NCBI GenBank assembly: GCA_963772655.1
Contig: CAVYYE010000003.1
Span: forward strand, 2,609,341 to 2,673,340
Origin: an uncultured delta proteobacterium
GTDB lineage: Bacteria > Myxococcota_A > Polyangia > Haliangiales > Haliangiaceae
Length of the DNA stretch: 64,000 nt
Reading direction: 5' to 3'
Each line of letters begins with the position of its first letter. Position 1 is the first letter of the stretch. Both the position numbers and the translations under genes were made by a program. Positions 60,212-64,000 of this stretch are shown piece after piece. Under the pieces are notes generated by a model, which saw nothing but the letters and a program-made list of their open reading frames with translations, was not told where the DNA came from and did not search any database.

Positions 60212-62353
60212 CTATTCGAGGCGACCTGCGGTGCTGACCTTGCCGCGCTCGCGATACATGCGCTCGATGGTCGCCCGAAGCAACGGTTCGTCGATCTCGG
60301 TACCGGCCGCGCCGGCGACGTAGGCGGCACGTTCGCAGGCCACCTTGATGAAGCCACCCGACAGCTCGTAGGCATCGGCCAGCGCGTCGAAGTCGATCTC
60401 GGGCGACGACTCATCGTCGCCATCTGCCCGACCCGGATTCTTCGGGAGCGTTCGCCGCCACAGCTCGGCGCGCATGTCTGGACTGGGGAAGCTGAAGAAC
60501 ACGTCGTAGGTGAACCGGCGCTTGAACGCCTGGTCGATCGCGCTGGTCAGGTTGGTGGTCAGGATCGCGAGCCCACCGAACCGCTCGAGCCGCTGCAACA
60601 GGTAGTTGGTTTCGAGGTTGGCGTAGCGATCGTTGCTGCTCTTGACCTCGGACGTGCGCTTGCCGAACAGCGAGTCGGCCTCGTTGAACAACAGCACGAC
60701 GTGGCCGGGCTCGGCGGCGTCGAACACGTCGGACAGGTTCTTCTCGGTCTCGCCGAGCCACTTCGACACCACCTGCGACAGGTCGACCTCGTAGATGTCG
60801 AGGCCGAGCCGCTTCGCGAGCACGGTGCCCGACATCGTCTTGCCGACGCCGGGGTGGCCGGAGAACAGCACGCTGATGCCCTGCGCACCCCGCAGCTTGA
60901 ACTGGTCGCGGATCGTGCGCCGCTGGTTGGCGGCCGCGGCGATCTCGAGCAGTGCGGACCGGGTGTCGTCGTCGAGGATCAGGTCGTCGAGGTCGAACGG
61001 TGTCGACAGCTTCTTGCCGAGCCGGCTGATCCGCTGGTGGAGCTGCGCGGCGACCGCGGCCGCGAGGTCGTCGGGCGCGGGAGGACCGGCATCCGGCATG
61101 CGACCTGCGGCGGCCGCCTGAGCCGCGGCGACGATGATGCCGCCCGGGATCGCGAACCGGTTCGACAGGTTGTTCGCGTCGGCGGTGCTCAGCGTCGGGG
61201 CGACGTCCTGCCACATCGTCGCGCGGGTCGCGAGATCGGGCACCTCGAGCGAGACGTGGACCAGCGGTCGCTGATGGATGCGCGGCAGGCGTTCGCGGTT
61301 GAACGTGATCGCGAGCGGGCCTGCCCACTCGTCGATCAACGCGTCGACGAACGGCGGGAGCTCGTCGTGCGTGTCCTCGAGCTGGACGGCATCGTCGAGG
61401 TCGGCGAACACGGGAATCGCGTCGAGCAACCGGAGCTCGCGCACGATCGACCGGATCGCGAGCGGACGGACGGAGACCGGCAGCTGGCCGAGTCGTCCCG
61501 CGTCGATCGTCAGGATGCGCTGGCCCCAGTGACCGGCCGCGACCTGGAGCAGCAGCTTCTTGCCGAGACCGCGCTGACCCTGCACCGCGAGCACGACCTC
61601 GTTCGATCGCAGCGCCGCCTCCGCGCGCTCGACCGCGATCGGTGGAAACGCGCCCCGGTCCGAGCTCGGGCGAAGCTCGCAGATGTCGGCGAGCTCGGGA
61701 TCGAGATCGATCGCCGTGCCGTCGAGCAGGTACACCAGCCGCGACGCCGCGCGGATCCGGCGGAACATGATCGAGTCGCCGCTCGCGGTCGGTGTACTGA
61801 CGTCGACCAGCCGGTAGCGCACCAGCGGCGAGCTCGGCGACAGGTCGCGCGCCATCAGCGACCGCGACGTCGGCGTGTCGTAGACCAGGAGCGCGAGCAA
61901 CCGTCCGTCGAGCCCGCGGCAACCGTCATCGCGGGCGAGGTAGCGATAGGCCTGCACCAGGTTCGGATCGGTGTCGGGGAGCAGCGCGAACATCAGGGTC
62001 GACCACTGCCGCGGTGTGAGACCGAACGTCCGGATCAGATCGATCAGCGCGGAGCGTTGCTTGGCTTCGACGGTCGCTCGGATCCGCGCCTCGACGTCGC
62101 GATGCTTGGCGAGCCACTGCTCGAGCACCGTGCTCGCACCGGCGTCATCGCCGGTCGGTGCCTGACCGCGGGCCTGCGCGAACAGCCGGCCGATGTCGGT
62201 CGCGCCGATCGCGTCGTCGGTGATGTTGACGCGACCCTTCGTCCACGCGAGCCGGACCTGGTACTCGACCCTGAGCCACGCGCGCTCGAGCTCGTCGCGC
62301 AGGTGAGTCGCGACGTCCGGGTACGGCCCGGCTTCCGGTTTCTCGCGAACCAC
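60212..62353 (-). CDS. AAA+ family ATPase (C-terminal canonical AAA domain, degenerate N-terminal AAA-like domain)
   Basis: Walker A GHPGVGKT, Walker [10 protein letters not shown], sensor/arginine finger region; degenerate upstream module GQRGLGKK. Confidence 0.85.
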   Translation of the reverse strand: MVREKPEAGPYPDVATHLRDELERAWLRVEYQVRLAWTKGRVNITDDAIGATDIGRLFAQARGQAPTGDDAGASTVLEQWLAKHRDVEARIRATVEAKQRSALIDLIRTFGLTPRQWSTLMFALLPDTDPNLVQAYRYLARDDGCRGLDGRLLALLVYDTPTSRSLMARDLSPSSPLVRYRLVDVSTPTASGDSIMFRRIRAASRLVYLLDGTAIDLDPELADICELRPSSDRGAFPPIAVERAEAALRSNEVVLAVQGQRGLGKKLLLQVAAGHWGQRILTIDAGRLGQLPVSVRPLAIRSIVRELRLLDAIPVFADLDDAVQLEDTHDELPPFVDALIDEWAGPLAITFNRERLPRIHQRPLVHVSLEVPDLATRATMWQDVAPTLSTADANNLSNRFAIPGGIIVAAAQAAAAGRMPDAGPPAPDDLAAAVAAQLHQRISRLGKKLSTPFDLDDLILDDDTRSALLEIAAAANQRRTIRDQFKLRGAQGISVLFSGHPGVGKTMSGTVLAKRLGLDIYEVDLSQVVSKWLGETEKNLSDVFDAAEPGHVVLLFNEADSLFGKRTSEVKSSNDRYANLETNYLLQRLERFGGLAILTTNLTSAIDQAFKRRFTYDVFFSFPSPDMRAELWRRTLPKNPGRADGDDESSPEIDFDALADAYELSGGFIKVACERAAYVAGAAGTEIDEPLLRATIERMYRERGKVSTAGRLE

Positions 62354-62412
62354 CGAGCGATCGTAGCCGATCTAGCCCCGGGCGAGCTTGCGAGCCGATC
62401 TTCGCGACCCGA

Positions 62413-63222
62413 TCAGACGAGCTCGCGATCGGCTTGCTGTAGCCCCAGCTCCTCGGCGACCACGGCGGGCTCCTGCTCCTGCTCGGGCTTCACCTTGGCC
62501 TTCTCCTCGTGTCGTGCCTCCTGCTTGGGCGCCGCCTTCGGCTCTTCCTTCGGCTTGTTCTCGGCCGCTTCGAACTCGCGGGCGAGCGCCTTCATCTGGT
62601 CGATCAACGGCACCGTGTACAGGTCCGCCGAGATCCGCAACCGTTGCGCCAGCGGAACCTTGGCGTCCTCGTTGCTGTTCGCGGAGCCGAACATGCGATC
62701 GAACTTGTGATCGCCGAACTCGTCGCGCAGCTCGTCGAGATCGTGGGCGACACCGGCCACGCGATAGTCGGCGATCGTCGGACCCTTGATGAAGTCCTGC
62801 ACCGCCTTCGACGCGCTGGTGCCCTTCTTGAGCTCCCACGCGTAGATCCGGCGATTCTCGTACGGCTGCTCCCAGCCGTCGGCCGCGGTGTGCCCGGCGC
62901 GGTAGTAGTCCTGCCACTTCTCCGGCTTGCCGGCCTTCTCGCAGGATGCCTTGTACTCCTGCGGAGTGTGGATGCCTCGATCGAGGTGCGAGGTGTCCTT
63001 CTCGACCTGCGGCTCTTCTTCCTTCTTGTCCTGACCGAAGGCAAGCTCGGAGGCCGTGGCGGTCGCCGCCGTCGCGGTGGCTGCCCCCTGCGCGACGGCG
63101 GGAAGATCGCCCTCCGAGGTGAACTCGGTCTTCTTGGCCTCCGGTTCTTGCTCGACCGGAGCGGGAACCTCGGTTTCCTCGGCGGCTTTTTGCTCGACGT
63201 CGCGTGCGGGCATGGCTGACAT
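62413..63222 (-). CDS. hypothetical protein with acidic/Lys-rich termini and conserved central domain
   Basis: Start at MSAMPARD; conserved-looking core YYRAGHTAADGWEQPYENRRIYAWELKKG... Confidence 0.55.
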   Translation of the reverse strand: MSAMPARDVEQKAAEETEVPAPVEQEPEAKKTEFTSEGDLPAVAQGAATATAATATASELAFGQDKKEEEPQVEKDTSHLDRGIHTPQEYKASCEKAGKPEKWQDYYRAGHTAADGWEQPYENRRIYAWELKKGTSASKAVQDFIKGPTIADYRVAGVAHDLDELRDEFGDHKFDRMFGSANSNEDAKVPLAQRLRISADLYTVPLIDQMKALAREFEAAENKPKEEPKAAPKQEARHEEKAKVKPEQEQEPAVVAEELGLQQADRELV

Positions 63223-63343
63223 GATACGTGCAAACGGCCGGTCGGCTTCCCAAAGCCGGGTATCATCGAAGGCGAAAGTTCTCGTGGGATTTGGCATCGA
63301 TCGCCGCGCTCGCTCCCGTCGTCCGAAGGGAGGATTGCGTGGA

Positions 63344-64000
63344 TTGTTCAGCAAGACGCCCGACGTGCGCGAGGTCGGGGCTCGTCTCGGGCGGCTCGCG
63401 CGTCGCGTGTTCAAGGGAGCACGTGTCGACGTGTCGCCGACCAAGGTGACCGCCAAGCTCCATCGCTACGCATCGCCGGTACGGATCTCGGTGTTGCCCG
63501 ACGGCGAGATCGAGATCCACGCCACGACGTCGCGCCTGGGCGCGGCGTATCACAGAGAGGTCATGGCGCGCATCGCGCCGATCCTCGACGAGCTCGACTA
63601 CGTGCTCGAAGGCGACGACGGTGATCCCGAGGCCGACATGCTGGCGTGGCTCGCCTCCGAGCTCGAGGACGGCGCGACGAGGATCGGCATGCCGGCCGAT
63701 CGCACGTTCAAGCTCGACGCCGCGGTCCAGACCGCGATGGGTCCGCGCGACGAAGCGTGGCGCGATGCGGTGATCGCCGACCCGACGCGTGGCACCGACG
63801 CGTTCGCCTGGTGGACCGCCGGCCCAGGTCGAGCGGAGCTCGCGAGCGCCCTGCTCGCGATGTGGCTCGATGTTCCGTGGCGCGAACCGCTCGACAACGC
63901 CGAACGCGATCTGATGGATCGCGTCGACGAGGATCTCACCGCCGCGATGCGTGCGAATCCGGATCTCCCGCTGCCGTGGGCCGACTGGTCGGAGATGCTC
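63344..64000 (+). CDS. hypothetical protein (5' part; runs off window end)
   Basis: Open frame with strong GC3 bias from ~63335 to window end (...VRISVLPDGEIEIHATTSRLGAAYHREVMARIAPILDELDYVLEGDDGDPEADMLAWLASELEDG...); GGGAGG ~10 nt upstream of in-frame TTG; not in ORF track because no stop in window. Confidence 0.4.
   Translation, partial: MFSKTPDVREVGARLGRLARRVFKGARVDVSPTKVTAKLHRYASPVRISVLPDGEIEIHATTSRLGAAYHREVMARIAPILDELDYVLEGDDGDPEADMLAWLASELEDGATRIGMPADRTFKLDAAVQTAMGPRDEAWRDAVIADPTRGTDAFAWWTAGPGRAELASALLAMWLDVPWREPLDNAERDLMDRVDEDLTAAMRANPDLPLPWADWSEML

Overview
This is a very high-GC window (~70% GC by eye, with strong G/C preference at third codon positions), which means every region carries long spurious ORFs in several frames. 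The gene content points to a chromosomal segment of a myxobacterium-like organism (Myxococcota / Deltaproteobacteria-type). It has three eukaryotic-like Ser/Thr kinases, a PPP phosphatase, an FHA-GGDEF protein, an OmpA protein with thrombospondin type-3 repeats, a GH92 mannosidase, a Lys-rich histone-H1-like tail, a TIGR02996-like leucine-rich protein, and an ECF42-type sigma factor next to a YciI/DGPF protein. I support about 58 protein-coding genes, densely packed on both strands. I could not recognise any rRNA, tRNA, CRISPR array, transposase or integrase.

The observations most worth a second look are:
- A lipoprotein redoxin ORF (6903-7460) whose only interruption is an in-frame TGA exactly at the first Cys of the conserved FYRGxWCPxC active site. 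This gives a U-x-x-C motif, and a GC-rich hairpin lies about 12 nt downstream, so it is a selenoprotein candidate.
- Two paralogous secreted proteins (11113-11517 and 12117-12551) built from ~19-20-residue Cys/Gly repeats, flanking a membrane-protein gene.
- A perfect 84-bp palindrome (32054-32137) with AT-rich arms.
- A ~50-bp near-identical repeat present once in an intergenic region (about 20222) and once inside the alkA-like coding sequence (about 53380).
- A ~500-bp lower-GC non-coding leader upstream of the ECF42 sigma gene.
- A candidate acetylation-dependent polyamine/GABA catabolic cluster that includes a GNAT-nitrilase fusion.

Coordinates of internally chosen start codons were derived by hand from the ORF track and may be off by a few nucleotides.
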